Of a stretch of 64,000 nucleotides of DNA, positions 34,794 through 44,149 are shown in pieces. The position numbers and the translations under genes are program-made. Position 1 is the stretch's first letter. Each line of letters begins with the position of its first letter. This DNA comes from Oscillospiraceae bacterium. Lineage in GTDB: Bacteria; Bacillota; Clostridia; Oscillospirales; Oscillospiraceae. The DNA lies in assembly GCA_017632035.1 (NCBI GenBank), contig JAGBSG010000053.1, forward strand, positions 7,386 through 71,385, given 5' to 3'. The notes below the pieces were generated by a model, which saw only the letters and a program-made list of their open reading frames with translations, was not told where the DNA came from and ran no database searches.

Positions 34794-36395
34794 ATCAGAA
34801 AGCTGAAAAAGTACAAGCCGACTAAGTTTATGGCGAAGGGCTCCTACTACGATAAAAACGCAGCTGACTATGCGGTTAACTTTATCGAGTGCCTTTGCCA
34901 CACAAAAGGCACCTGGGCAAGAAAGCGGTTTGAACTGATCGATTGGCAGGAGCAGATCATTCGTGATGTGTTCGGAACGATCAAGCCAAACGGCTACCGG
35001 CAGTTCAATACCGCCTATATTGAAATTCCTAAAAAGCAAGGCAAGTCCGAACTGGCTGCCGCAGTTGCGCTATTGCTCACTTGCGGTGACGGTGAGGAGC
35101 GTGCCGAGGTTTACGGCTGCGCAGCGGATCGCCAGCAGGCGTCTATCGTTTTCAATGTCGCCGCTGATATGGTTAGAATGTGTCCGGCACTAGCAAAACG
35201 AGTGAAGATCCTTGACTCCCAAAAGCGGCTGATCTACCTACCCACCGGCAGTATCTACCAGGTGCTTTCTGCCGATGTCGGCAACAAGCATGGTTTCAAT
35301 ACCCACGGTGTTGTCTTTGACGAGTTGCATACCCAGCCCAACCGGAAGCTTTACGATGTTATGACAAAGGGCTCCGGTGATGCCCGTATGCAACCGCTGT
35401 ATTTTCTAATCACCACGGCAGGCAACGACACCAAGTCCATCTGCTATGAGGTACATCAAAAAGCAAAGGACCTCATTGAGGGGCGGAAGATCGACCCTAC
35501 CTTTTATCCGTGCATCTTCGGTGCAGATGAAGGAGATGATTGGACAGACCCTAAGACCTGGAAGAAAGCCAATCCCTCCCTGGGCATTACCGTTGGCATC
35601 GACAAGGTTAAAGCCGCCTGTGAATCTGCAAAGCAGAACCCGGCTGAAGAGAATACATTCCGGCAGCTCCGCTTGAACCAATGGGTGAAACAGGCTGTAC
35701 GCTGGATGCCAATGGAAAAGTGGGACCGGTGTTCCTTTACCGCCAACGAGGACGAGCTGGAAGGCCGTGTCTGTTATGGTGGTCTTGACCTTTCGTCCAC
35801 AACGGATATTACAGCCTTTGTGCTGGTGTTTCCGCCTACCGATGAAGATGGCAAGTTCGTAGTCCTTCCGTACTTTTGGATACCAGAAGATAACCTGGAT
35901 CTGCGTGTCCGGAGAGACCACGTTCCTTATGACCTTTGGGAGCATCAAGGATTCCTGCAAACCACCGAGGGCAATGTTGTCCACTACGGCTTTATCGAAA
36001 AGTTCATCGAGAGGCTGGGTGAGAAATACAACATCCGTGAGATTGCCTTTGACCGCTGGGGCGCTGTGCAGATGGTGCAGAACCTGGAAGGTATGGGTTT
36101 CACGGTTGTACCCTTCGGACAGGGCTTCAAGGATATGTCCCCACCCACCAAAGAACTGATGAAGCTGACCCTGGAAGAGAAAATTGCCCACGGCGGTCAT
36201 CCGGTGCTGCGCTGGATGATGGACAACATCTTTATTCGTACCGATCCGGCCGGTAATATCAAGCCGGACAAAGAAAAGTCCACAGAGAAGATTGACGGTG
36301 CCGTTGCAACCATTATGGCATTGGACAGGGCGATCCGCTGTGGCAACGATACCAGCGCCTCGGTCTACGATAGCCGGGGTCTTGTGTTTATATAA
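34794..36395 (+). CDS. terL: Terminase large subunit (probable ATC start at 34794; first ATG at 34830)
   Basis: IPKKQGKSE Walker A, VVFDELH, ITTAG, GGLDLS, KIDGAVA. Confidence 0.95.
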   Translation: MRKLKKYKPTKFMAKGSYYDKNAADYAVNFIECLCHTKGTWARKRFELIDWQEQIIRDVFGTIKPNGYRQFNTAYIEIPKKQGKSELAAAVALLLTCGDGEERAEVYGCAADRQQASIVFNVAADMVRMCPALAKRVKILDSQKRLIYLPTGSIYQVLSADVGNKHGFNTHGVVFDELHTQPNRKLYDVMTKGSGDARMQPLYFLITTAGNDTKSICYEVHQKAKDLIEGRKIDPTFYPCIFGADEGDDWTDPKTWKKANPSLGITVGIDKVKAACESAKQNPAEENTFRQLRLNQWVKQAVRWMPMEKWDRCSFTANEDELEGRVCYGGLDLSSTTDITAFVLVFPPTDEDGKFVVLPYFWIPEDNLDLRVRRDHVPYDLWEHQGFLQTTEGNVVHYGFIEKFIERLGEKYNIREIAFDRWGAVQMVQNLEGMGFTVVPFGQGFKDMSPPTKELMKLTLEEKIAHGGHPVLRWMMDNIFIRTDPAGNIKPDKEKSTEKIDGAVATIMALDRAIRCGNDTSASVYDSRGLVFI

Positions 36396-36409
36396 TTGGA
36401 GGCGTGAAT

Positions 36410-37183
36410 ATGGAAAAACCTATCAAGCATATCGTATCACTCTCCGGTGGCAAGGACTCAACCGCAATGCTTCTGCGAATGGTCGAGGAAGGCTGGCCGA
36501 TTGATATTATTCTGTTTTGCGATACCGGTATGGAGTTTGAAGCAATGTACCGGCACATCGACAAGGTGGAAAAATACATCGGCAGACCCATTGTCCGGCT
36601 GAAGTCCCCTCAATCCTTTGAGTACCTCTTTTACGAATACTCTCCCAAACGGTCGAACCCCAAGCTGGAGCAGTACAAAGGTTTCAGCTGGCCGGGTCCT
36701 CGCAACCGATGGTGTACAGCAATGCTGAAGACACGGATCATTGCCCAGTATCTCCGAGAGCTTTCTCAGGAATACACCCTGGTGCAGTACATTGGGATCG
36801 CAGCAGACGAACCAAAGCGTGTCCGGGAACACCGATACCCACTTGTGGAATGGGGTATGACGGAAGCGGATTGTTTAGCTTACTGCAAAGAACGAGGCTT
36901 TGATTGGGAAGGTTTATATGACATCTTCCACCGGGTTTCTTGCTGGTGCTGTCCGCTGCAATCTTACGATGAGATGCGAAAGCTTCGGAAGCATTTCCCG
37001 GAACTGTGGCAGAAGCTACTGTATATGGACGAGCATACCTGGCGGACCTTTATTAAGGGCTACACAGCCAAACAACTGGAAACACGCTTTGCTTTTGAAG
37101 ATGCGCTGATCGCACAAGGTCAGCCCATCAAAGGCAGAGCGTTTTTTGATGCCCTTAGAAAACGATTGGAGGAAACCTCGTGA
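36410..37183 (+). CDS. PAPS-reductase-family (PP-loop, Cys-cluster) protein
   Basis: VSLSGGKDSTAM, FCDTG.EF, RWCT..LK, IGIAADE, RVSCWCCP. Confidence 0.88.
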   Translation: MEKPIKHIVSLSGGKDSTAMLLRMVEEGWPIDIILFCDTGMEFEAMYRHIDKVEKYIGRPIVRLKSPQSFEYLFYEYSPKRSNPKLEQYKGFSWPGPRNRWCTAMLKTRIIAQYLRELSQEYTLVQYIGIAADEPKRVREHRYPLVEWGMTEADCLAYCKERGFDWEGLYDIFHRVSCWCCPLQSYDEMRKLRKHFPELWQKLLYMDEHTWRTFIKGYTAKQLETRFAFEDALIAQGQPIKGRAFFDALRKRLEETS

Positions 37184-38169
37184 TCAACATTTTCATTCAG
37201 AAAAACGAAGCCAAGGTAGTCAATGCCGAGCCGCTGATTTCCGGTACTGCCAATGCAGTGTGCGTGAAGTTTAACTTCTCGGAGCATTGGGATGGTCTGC
37301 TGAAAACAGCGGTGTTTAGCAACGGCATAAAAACCATCAGCATACTGGATACCAAGTGGCAAGCCGGTAATGTCTGTTCCATTCCCCACGAGGTATTGGA
37401 AGAACCCGGTCGTATAGTGCGGATCGGTCTGCGTGGTACACAGCTGAAGAGCCTTTCATTGGCGATCCCAATGTTCAGCATCGGTAAGGTGCAAGCTGGC
37501 ACCGATCCTACCGAGGACAGCTCCACAGATCCCACGCTCCCGGTTTGGGAGCAGTTGCGTGAGGACTGTAACAAGCGATCCTACGGCTGCTCTACCTGGC
37601 TTGAGAAATACACCATTCCCGATCAGGTATCTACTATGATCCGTGTACATTTTGCAAATCCGGAATGTATTCCGCAGAATGCCCAGCTACATCTTTACCG
37701 CTGCATTCGTAATCGCGGCGCAAGAACCCATTGGACACACCCGGCAGATTGGGGCTGTGAGCCGGAGCCCGGTCAGCATCGTTGGGGATATGGCTTACTT
37801 CTGCGTAACGCAGGCTATCCGCCTATTCCCGAATGGATGCCAAACAACGGCTTCTTGCAAACGGAGTTCACCATTTCAGACGAGGATCGGGAGCGTGGGT
37901 ATATCGAGTTGCCGTTGGCTACTTATTTACTGCCCCTTCTCAAACCTGTGGATGATGAACTCAAATGGAAGAAACTCGGCTTTGTTGGTCTCCAAGGTGA
38001 GGGACGAGAGAACTGTCATTTACTGCGCTTCCGGATCTGCAAAGACGGCAAGCCGATCGATGTTCTTGGAGACACCTTGCGCATCGGCTTTCGGAACACA
38101 TTTGAGGATAGGACTTACTTTGTGAACGACCATCTTGTGACCACTTCACTATATACCAGTATTCGATAA
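37180..38169 (+). CDS. Hypothetical protein: BppU-N-like N-terminal domain + unknown C-terminal domain
   Basis: ISGTANAVCVKFNFSEHWDGLLKTAVFS...IPHEVL...DPTLPVWEQ; GTG start overlaps the previous stop. Confidence 0.65.
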   Translation: MINIFIQKNEAKVVNAEPLISGTANAVCVKFNFSEHWDGLLKTAVFSNGIKTISILDTKWQAGNVCSIPHEVLEEPGRIVRIGLRGTQLKSLSLAIPMFSIGKVQAGTDPTEDSSTDPTLPVWEQLREDCNKRSYGCSTWLEKYTIPDQVSTMIRVHFANPECIPQNAQLHLYRCIRNRGARTHWTHPADWGCEPEPGQHRWGYGLLLRNAGYPPIPEWMPNNGFLQTEFTISDEDRERGYIELPLATYLLPLLKPVDDELKWKKLGFVGLQGEGRENCHLLRFRICKDGKPIDVLGDTLRIGFRNTFEDRTYFVNDHLVTTSLYTSIR

Positions 38170-38253
38170 TGCAGCTTTTGCGTCATATGAGCGGTAGCCG
38201 ATCTACCGCAGGGTGGACTCCTTGGGGAGCCAATGGTTTGCGCTCTAGTTGCA
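38170..38253 (+). ncRNA. Candidate structured RNA (three-way junction)
   Basis: Four helices P1-P4 found by hand; see findings. Confidence 0.45.
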
Positions 38254-38278
38254 ACTTTGATTATAGGAGGAATCCAAT

Positions 38279-39610
38279 ATGAATTTGCTGAAGGGCATCT
38301 TCCGATCCAGGGATAAGCCCCAAAACAGAACTGTGGGTAGTAGCTACGCTTTCTTTATGGGTGGCACTACATCCGGTAAGCCTGTCAATGAACGATCCGC
38401 AATGCAGATGACGGCGGTGTATTCCTGTGTCAGAATTCTGGCAGAGGCGGTTGCCGGACTACCGCTGCACTTGTATCGCTACACCGACACCGGTGGCAAA
38501 GAGAAGGCTGTGGATCACCCGCTGTATCTACTGCTCCACGATGAACCCAATCCGGAAATGAGTTCCTTTGTGTTCCGAGAAACCCTTATGACCCACTTGC
38601 TACTGTGGGGCAACGCCTATGCGCAGATCATTCGCAACGGCAAAGGTGAGGTGCTTGCACTGTATCCGTTGATGCCCAACAAGATGTCTGTGGATCGTGA
38701 CGAGAATGGCCAGCTGTACTACACCTACCAACGCTCCAACGAGGAAGCACCCACGATGGAAGGTGCATCAGTGAAGCTGAAGCCTACCGATGTACTGCAC
38801 ATTCCCGGCTTGGGGTTTGATGGTCTTGTGGGCTACAGCCCCATTGCTATGGCAAAGAACGCCATCGGTATGGCAATTGCCTGCGAGGAGTTCGGTGCCA
38901 AGTTCTTTGCAAACGGTGCTGCGCCCTCCGGCGTGTTGGAACACCCCGGCACGATCAAAGACCCAGCCAGGGTTCGAGATGCGTGGCAGAGTCAGTTTGG
39001 TGGCTCGTCCAATTCCGGCAAGGTAGCCGTTTTGGAAGAGGGTATGAAATATACTCCTATCTCCATCTCTCCGGAACAAGCACAGTTCCTGGAAACCCGG
39101 AAATTCCAAATCAATGAAATTGCTCGAATTTTCAGAGTCCCTCCGCATATGGTCGGGGACTTAGAAAAGTCGAGCTTTTCTAATATCGAGCAGCAATCCC
39201 TTGAGTTTGTGAAATACACCCTCGACCCCTGGATTATCCGGTGGGAGCAGTCGATGGCGAGAGTGCTTCTCTCCCTGGATGAAAAGAAGGAGTTCTTCAT
39301 CAAGTTCAATTTGGAGGGTCTGCTCCGAGGTGATTATCAAAGCCGAATGAACGGCTATTCCATTGCAAGACAAAACGGCTGGATGTCCGCAAACGACATT
39401 CGTGAGCTGGAGAACCTTGACCGGATACCCACAGAACAAGGTGGCGATCTTTACCTCATCAACGGCAGTATGCTCCCGCTTGGACACGCGGGTGCTTATG
39501 CAGATATCAACCCAACAGAAACGGAGGAAACCAATGAAGACCCAAGCGAAGAAGTTCTGGGCATGGAAAAACCTGGCGGACGAAGGTCAGCCCGAAGAAC
39601 GGGTACTTGA
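38279..39610 (+). CDS. HK97-family portal protein
   Basis: AVYSCVRILAE..AGLP, LLWGNAY, QFLETRK, ARIFRVPP. Confidence 0.95.
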   Translation: MNLLKGIFRSRDKPQNRTVGSSYAFFMGGTTSGKPVNERSAMQMTAVYSCVRILAEAVAGLPLHLYRYTDTGGKEKAVDHPLYLLLHDEPNPEMSSFVFRETLMTHLLLWGNAYAQIIRNGKGEVLALYPLMPNKMSVDRDENGQLYYTYQRSNEEAPTMEGASVKLKPTDVLHIPGLGFDGLVGYSPIAMAKNAIGMAIACEEFGAKFFANGAAPSGVLEHPGTIKDPARVRDAWQSQFGGSSNSGKVAVLEEGMKYTPISISPEQAQFLETRKFQINEIARIFRVPPHMVGDLEKSSFSNIEQQSLEFVKYTLDPWIIRWEQSMARVLLSLDEKKEFFIKFNLEGLLRGDYQSRMNGYSIARQNGWMSANDIRELENLDRIPTEQGGDLYLINGSMLPLGHAGAYADINPTETEETNEDPSEEVLGMEKPGGRRSARRTGT

Positions 39611-40307
39611 GCTATACGGCACGATCGCCGAGGAAAGTTGGTTTGACGATGATATCACTCCCCGGATGTTCAAGGAAGAGCTGCTTTCCGGTGATGGCGA
39701 TATTACCGTGTGGATCAATTCTCCCGGTGGTGACTGTGTAGCAGCAAGCCAGATCTATACCATGCTTATGGACTACAAGGGCAATGTCACCGTCAAGATC
39801 GATGGCATTGCAGCATCCGCTGCCTCGGTCATTGCTATGGCCGGCACCAAGGTGCTGATGGCACCCACCGCACTGATGATGATTCATAATCCTATGACCG
39901 GTGCGTTTGGCGATTGTGAGGAGATGCAGAAGGCTATTGAAATGCTGAACGAAGTCAAGGAAAGCATCATCAACGCCTATGAGATCCGCACCAATCTGTC
40001 CCGTGCCAAGCTGTCTCACCTTATGAGCAGCGAAACCTGGATGAATGCAAAGAAGGCTATCGAACTTGGCTTTGCCGATGAAATCCTCACCGATGAGAAG
40101 CTGGCAACTGCTGAAGTTCCCGCATTTGCATTTTCCAGCAAAGCAGTGGAGGCGGCACTGATGAACAAGATCTCCGCCAAGGCAAAGCCTGTGGTCAAGG
40201 CTGAAGCCAAACCCAAGGCAAAGACCGAAGCCCCGGCCGAGCCGGAAGTCAAACGCGGCAGATCCGTAGCCGAGCTGATGGATCGCCTCAACCTTATGAA
40301 ACATTAA
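39534..40307 (+). CDS. ClpP-type prohead protease
   Basis: INSPGGD, DGIAASAAS, MMIHNP, ETWM. Confidence 0.93.
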   Translation: MKTQAKKFWAWKNLADEGQPEERVLELYGTIAEESWFDDDITPRMFKEELLSGDGDITVWINSPGGDCVAASQIYTMLMDYKGNVTVKIDGIAASAASVIAMAGTKVLMAPTALMMIHNPMTGAFGDCEEMQKAIEMLNEVKESIINAYEIRTNLSRAKLSHLMSSETWMNAKKAIELGFADEILTDEKLATAEVPAFAFSSKAVEAALMNKISAKAKPVVKAEAKPKAKTEAPAEPEVKRGRSVAELMDRLNLMKH

Positions 40308-40320
40308 TGGAGGTAATGAA

Positions 40321-41526
40321 ATGACTATTATCGAACTGCGCAATAAGCGTGCAAAGGCCATGGAAGCTGCAAAGGCTTTCCTGGAATCCCACAGAGGCGA
40401 GGATGGCTGCCTGTCCGTTGAGGACGATGCCACCTATACCAGCATGGAAGCAACCATTGCCAAGCTGGGTACTGAGATCGGTCGTATGGAGCGTATGGAG
40501 GCTATGGATGCCGAACTGGCTAAGCCCGTTGCTACCCCCATCACCGAAAAGCCTGCCACTACCGCAAAGGTAGAGACCAAGACCGGTCGTGCTGCTGACG
40601 AGTACAAGAAGGCTTTCTGGAATGCTGCCCGTACTAGAGACGGTATTTCTCACGAGGTGCGCAATGCACTGCAGGTGGGTGCTGACACCGAGGGTGGCTA
40701 TCTGGTTCCCGATGAGTTCGAGAACACCCTGGTAAAGGCGCTGAACAGCGAACACATCATCCGTAATCACGCCCGTGTTTTCCAGACCAATTCCGGTAGC
40801 CACAAGATCCCCGTAGTTACCGCCAAGGGTACTGCGTCCTGGGTCGATGAGGAAGGTCCCATCCCTGAGGGTGACGATGCCTTTGGTCAGCAGACCATCG
40901 GCGCTCACAAGGTCGGCACCATCATCAAGGTGTCCGAGGAGTTGCTGAACGACTCCGCTTTCGATCTGGAGGGCTACTTTACTGACGAGTTCGCCCGTCG
41001 CATTGGTGACAAGGAAGAGGATGCGTTCTTCAACGGCGATGGCGTGGGCAAGCCCCTGGGCATCCTGGCTGACAATGGCGGTGCCGAGGTCGGTGTTACC
41101 ACCGCTTCCGCTACTGCGATTACCGCAGAGGAGATCATCAATCTGTACTACAGCCTGAAGGCTCCTTACCGCAGAAAGGCGATCTGGGTCTTCAGCGATG
41201 CTACTATGGCAGCTGTCCGCAAACTGAAGGGCAGCGATGGTCAGTTCCTGTGGCAGAAAGCTATGAATGAGGGCGAACACGCAACCCTGCTGGGTCGTCC
41301 CATTTACACCTCTGCCTTTATGCCCGAACTGGGTGCTGGCAACAAGGTGGCACTGTTTGGTGACCTCCATTTCTACTGGATCGGTGACCGCCAGGGTATT
41401 TCCTTCAAGCGGCTGAACGAGCGTTATGCTGACACCGGCCAGGTTGGCTTTGTTGCCACCAAGCGCCTGGATGGCAAGCTGGTTCTGCCTGAAGCTGTCA
41501 AAGCCCTGCAGATGAAGCAGGCGTAA
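40321..41526 (+). CDS. HK97-fold major capsid protein
   Basis: EGGYLVPDEF, VSEELLNDS, FFNGDG..KPLG. Confidence 0.95.
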   Translation: MTIIELRNKRAKAMEAAKAFLESHRGEDGCLSVEDDATYTSMEATIAKLGTEIGRMERMEAMDAELAKPVATPITEKPATTAKVETKTGRAADEYKKAFWNAARTRDGISHEVRNALQVGADTEGGYLVPDEFENTLVKALNSEHIIRNHARVFQTNSGSHKIPVVTAKGTASWVDEEGPIPEGDDAFGQQTIGAHKVGTIIKVSEELLNDSAFDLEGYFTDEFARRIGDKEEDAFFNGDGVGKPLGILADNGGAEVGVTTASATAITAEEIINLYYSLKAPYRRKAIWVFSDATMAAVRKLKGSDGQFLWQKAMNEGEHATLLGRPIYTSAFMPELGAGNKVALFGDLHFYWIGDRQGISFKRLNERYADTGQVGFVATKRLDGKLVLPEAVKALQMKQA

Positions 41527-41540
41527 GTTAGGAGGTGGCG

Positions 41541-41855
41541 GTGATGAACGAACTTCTGACAAAGGTCCGACAAAACTTAATACTGGAACATGAGGTCGAT
41601 GATCCGTTGCTGAAGGGCTACATCACCGCTGCCGTTGCTTACGCAGAAAGCTACCAGCATCTTCCGGAAGGCTACTATACTGACAACGCAATGCCAGCCA
41701 CTACGGAGCAAGCTGTGATTATGCTGTCATCTCACTTTTACGAAAGCCGGGACGGCAGCACCGGTGGCTTCTTCTCTGACAATGTCCAAGCCGGACAGCA
41801 GGTATGGAATACTGTCAATCTGCTGCTCCGGCTGGATCGAGAATGGAAGGTGTAA
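41541..41855 (+). CDS. Head-tail connector (gp6-like)
   Basis: KVRQNLIL.H..DD.LL..YI.AA; position after capsid. Confidence 0.85.
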   Translation: MMNELLTKVRQNLILEHEVDDPLLKGYITAAVAYAESYQHLPEGYYTDNAMPATTEQAVIMLSSHFYESRDGSTGGFFSDNVQAGQQVWNTVNLLLRLDREWKV

Positions 41856-41857
41856 GT

Positions 41858-42196
41858 ATGTCCTTTGGAAAGATGAATTCCTTTATCGACATCATCAACA
41901 AGCGTGTCCGCACCGATGAGGAAGGCTTCAAGGTGCAAGAGGACGAGGTTGTTGCTTCTGTTCGTGCTTACCGAGAAGGTCGCCACGGTAGCGAGCGGTG
42001 GGCGAACCGCGCCGCTTTTACCGATGCGACCACACTCTTTCGCTTTCGCAGCATCCCCGGCATCACAGTAACCACCGCTATGGTAATTGTCTGTGGTGAG
42101 GATCGGTTCGAGATCACCTCAGTTGAGGACGTCAAAAGCCGGGGTATGTATGTGGAAGCACTCGCCCGGGAGGTGAAACCCAGTGGCAAAGGTTGA
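41858..42196 (+). CDS. Head closure/head-tail adaptor
   Basis: Synteny; FRFR.IPG...FEITSVEDV. Confidence 0.8.
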   Translation: MSFGKMNSFIDIINKRVRTDEEGFKVQEDEVVASVRAYREGRHGSERWANRAAFTDATTLFRFRSIPGITVTTAMVIVCGEDRFEITSVEDVKSRGMYVEALAREVKPSGKG

Positions 42197-42614
42197 TATG
42201 AAAATGCCGGAGGAGTTCCTTTTGAAACTCTCTAAGCTGGGTAGCTCCACGGATGCCATTGCGGAGCGGGTGCTGGAAGCCGGTGGTGAGGTTGTCCTTG
42301 CCAAGGTAAAAAGCAACCTCTCCGGAGTGGTCGGCAAGAACACAAAGATCGACTCTCGCTCCACCGGTGAGCTGGAACGCTCCATTGGCTTGTCTCCGGT
42401 AAAGCCGGACAAAAACGGCAACTACGACATCAAGATTGGCTTTGCTGAACCTCGTTCCGATGGTGGCAGCAATGCCAAGATCGCCAACATCCTGGAATAT
42501 GGACGCCACGGACAGCCTCCCAAGCCCTTCCTTGCTCCGGCAAAGAAAGCAACAAAGGATGAGTGCATCCGTGTGATGGCACAGACCTTTGAAGAGGAGG
42601 TGGCAAAGCTGTGA
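42183..42614 (+). CDS. HK97 gp10-family neck protein
   Basis: TGELERSI...LEYG...PKPFL.PA. Confidence 0.85.
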   Translation: MAKVDMKMPEEFLLKLSKLGSSTDAIAERVLEAGGEVVLAKVKSNLSGVVGKNTKIDSRSTGELERSIGLSPVKPDKNGNYDIKIGFAEPRSDGGSNAKIANILEYGRHGQPPKPFLAPAKKATKDECIRVMAQTFEEEVAKL

Positions 42615-42952
42615 GCCTTTTAAGTGAGCTGACAGCGATTGCCGGGGAACTGAAACTCCCGGTAGAAACGGGCGTGTTTACGGACACAGCCCCAAACCAG
42701 TACCTTGTGCTGACCCCCATTATTGATCTGCTGGAACTCCACGCAGACAATTTGCCCAGCGGTGAGGTACAAGAGGTGCGGATCTCTCTGTTTGTGAAGG
42801 GAAGCTACACCAAATTGAAAAACGCATTAACTCGGGCGCTGTTGCGTGCCGAGATCACCATAACTGACCGTAGATACAACGGTCACGAAAACGATACTGG
42901 CTACCACCAATACACCATTGATGTAGCCAAATACTATGAATTGGAGGAATAG
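42611..42952 (+). CDS. Tail completion protein
   Basis: Synteny; C-terminal E.DTGYH motif. Confidence 0.75.
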   Translation: MSLLSELTAIAGELKLPVETGVFTDTAPNQYLVLTPIIDLLELHADNLPSGEVQEVRISLFVKGSYTKLKNALTRALLRAEITITDRRYNGHENDTGYHQYTIDVAKYYELEE

Positions 42953-42954
42953 AC

Positions 42955-43554
42955 ATGGCAACAATCGGTCTTGATAAGCTGTACTATGCCAAGATCACTG
43001 AGGATGCAGACGGTAATGAAACCTACGCAGCTCCCCAGCAGATGGCAAAGGCTATGACAGCTGACCTTTCTGTGGAACTGGCAGAGGCTACTCTGTATGC
43101 AGATGACGGTGCCGCAGAGATAGTGAAGGAGTTTAAGTCCGGCACGCTGTCTTTGGGCATTGATGACATTGGCGCAACTTTGGCTTCCGACCTTACCGGT
43201 GCGACCATCGATAAGAATGGTGTCGTCATTGCCACCAGCGAGGATGGCGGTAGCCCTGTTGCAGTTGGCTTCCGTGCCAAGAAGTCCAATGGCAAGTACA
43301 AGTATTTCTGGCTGTACCGTGTGATCTTTGGTATCCCTGCTACTGCGCTGGCTACCAAGGGCGACGGCATCACCTTCAACACCCCCACCATTGAGGGTAC
43401 GATCCTGCGCCGGAACAAGCTGGATGCAGCCAACAAGCACCCTTGGAAAGCAGAGGTCACCGAGGGTGATCCTACCGTTACCGCTACCACCATCAGCAAC
43501 TGGTACAAGGAGGTTTACGAACCTGCCTATACTGCCACTGCTCCCACTAACTAA
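42955..43554 (+). CDS. Major tail tube protein (phi13 family)
   Basis: IGLDKLYYAKI...LYADD...VGFRAKK. Confidence 0.9.
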   Translation: MATIGLDKLYYAKITEDADGNETYAAPQQMAKAMTADLSVELAEATLYADDGAAEIVKEFKSGTLSLGIDDIGATLASDLTGATIDKNGVVIATSEDGGSPVAVGFRAKKSNGKYKYFWLYRVIFGIPATALATKGDGITFNTPTIEGTILRRNKLDAANKHPWKAEVTEGDPTVTATTISNWYKEVYEPAYTATAPTN

Positions 43555-43565
43555 GGAGGTTCAAT

Positions 43566-43949
43566 ATGGAAACCGAACGCAGTGCAAAGATCCTCATTGG
43601 TGATGAGGAATACACTCTTCTGCTGACTACCAAGGCAACCAAGGAAATCGCCGGTCGATACGGTGGTTTGGAGAACCTGGGCGATCAGCTGATGAAGGCT
43701 GAGAACTTTGAGATGGCGCTGAGTGAAATCGTGTGGCTGATTACGCTCCTGGCAAATCAGTCCATTTTGATTCACAACCTCAAGAACAAGGAACAGCCCA
43801 AGGAACTGCTGACCGAGGAGCTGGTAGAATTGCTGACGGTGCCGGCAGACCTGGCAACCTACAAGGCAGCAATCACCCAGGCTATGTACAAGGGTACAAA
43901 GCGGAATATTGAAAGCGAGAAAGACACAAAAAACGTGGCGGTCGGGTAA
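43566..43949 (+). CDS. Tail assembly chaperone (gpG-like)
   Basis: Between tail tube and tape measure; ends at the A AAA AAC slippery site. Confidence 0.85.
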   Translation: METERSAKILIGDEEYTLLLTTKATKEIAGRYGGLENLGDQLMKAENFEMALSEIVWLITLLANQSILIHNLKNKEQPKELLTEELVELLTVPADLATYKAAITQAMYKGTKRNIESEKDTKNVAVG

Positions 43950-44137
43950 CAGACGAGGAGCTGTTTACCCGACTGCTTTATTACGGCTTGGCACATTTGG
44001 GAATGACGCAGGATGAAGTGTGGTTAACGCCCTTCGGCTTGCTCCTGGATCTGTGGGAATGCCACAAGCAGTACCACGGTATTGCCAAGCCCAAGCGTGA
44101 GGTCTTTATCGACGATATTATTCCCTTCGGCATTTAA
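43934..44137 (+). CDS. Tail assembly chaperone -1 frameshift extension (gpGT-like), absent from the ORF track
   Basis: -1 frame open for 67 codons: RGGRVTDEELFTRLLYYG...DDIIPFGI*. Confidence 0.8.
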   Translation, partial: RGGRVTDEELFTRLLYYGLAHLGMTQDEVWLTPFGLLLDLWECHKQYHGIAKPKREVFIDDIIPFGI

Positions 44138-44149
44138 GGAGGTGGTGAC

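Noticed and set aside
38167-38253. Twister or hammerhead ribozyme (starts TAATGCAGC)
   Set aside because: Lacks the twister central conserved loop and pseudoknot pairings, and lacks the hammerhead CTGATGA/GAAA core.
39534-39610. 77-nt overlap of the portal and protease genes
   Set aside because: The portal tail is low-complexity read-through and both genes look intact; not evidence of a special mechanism.
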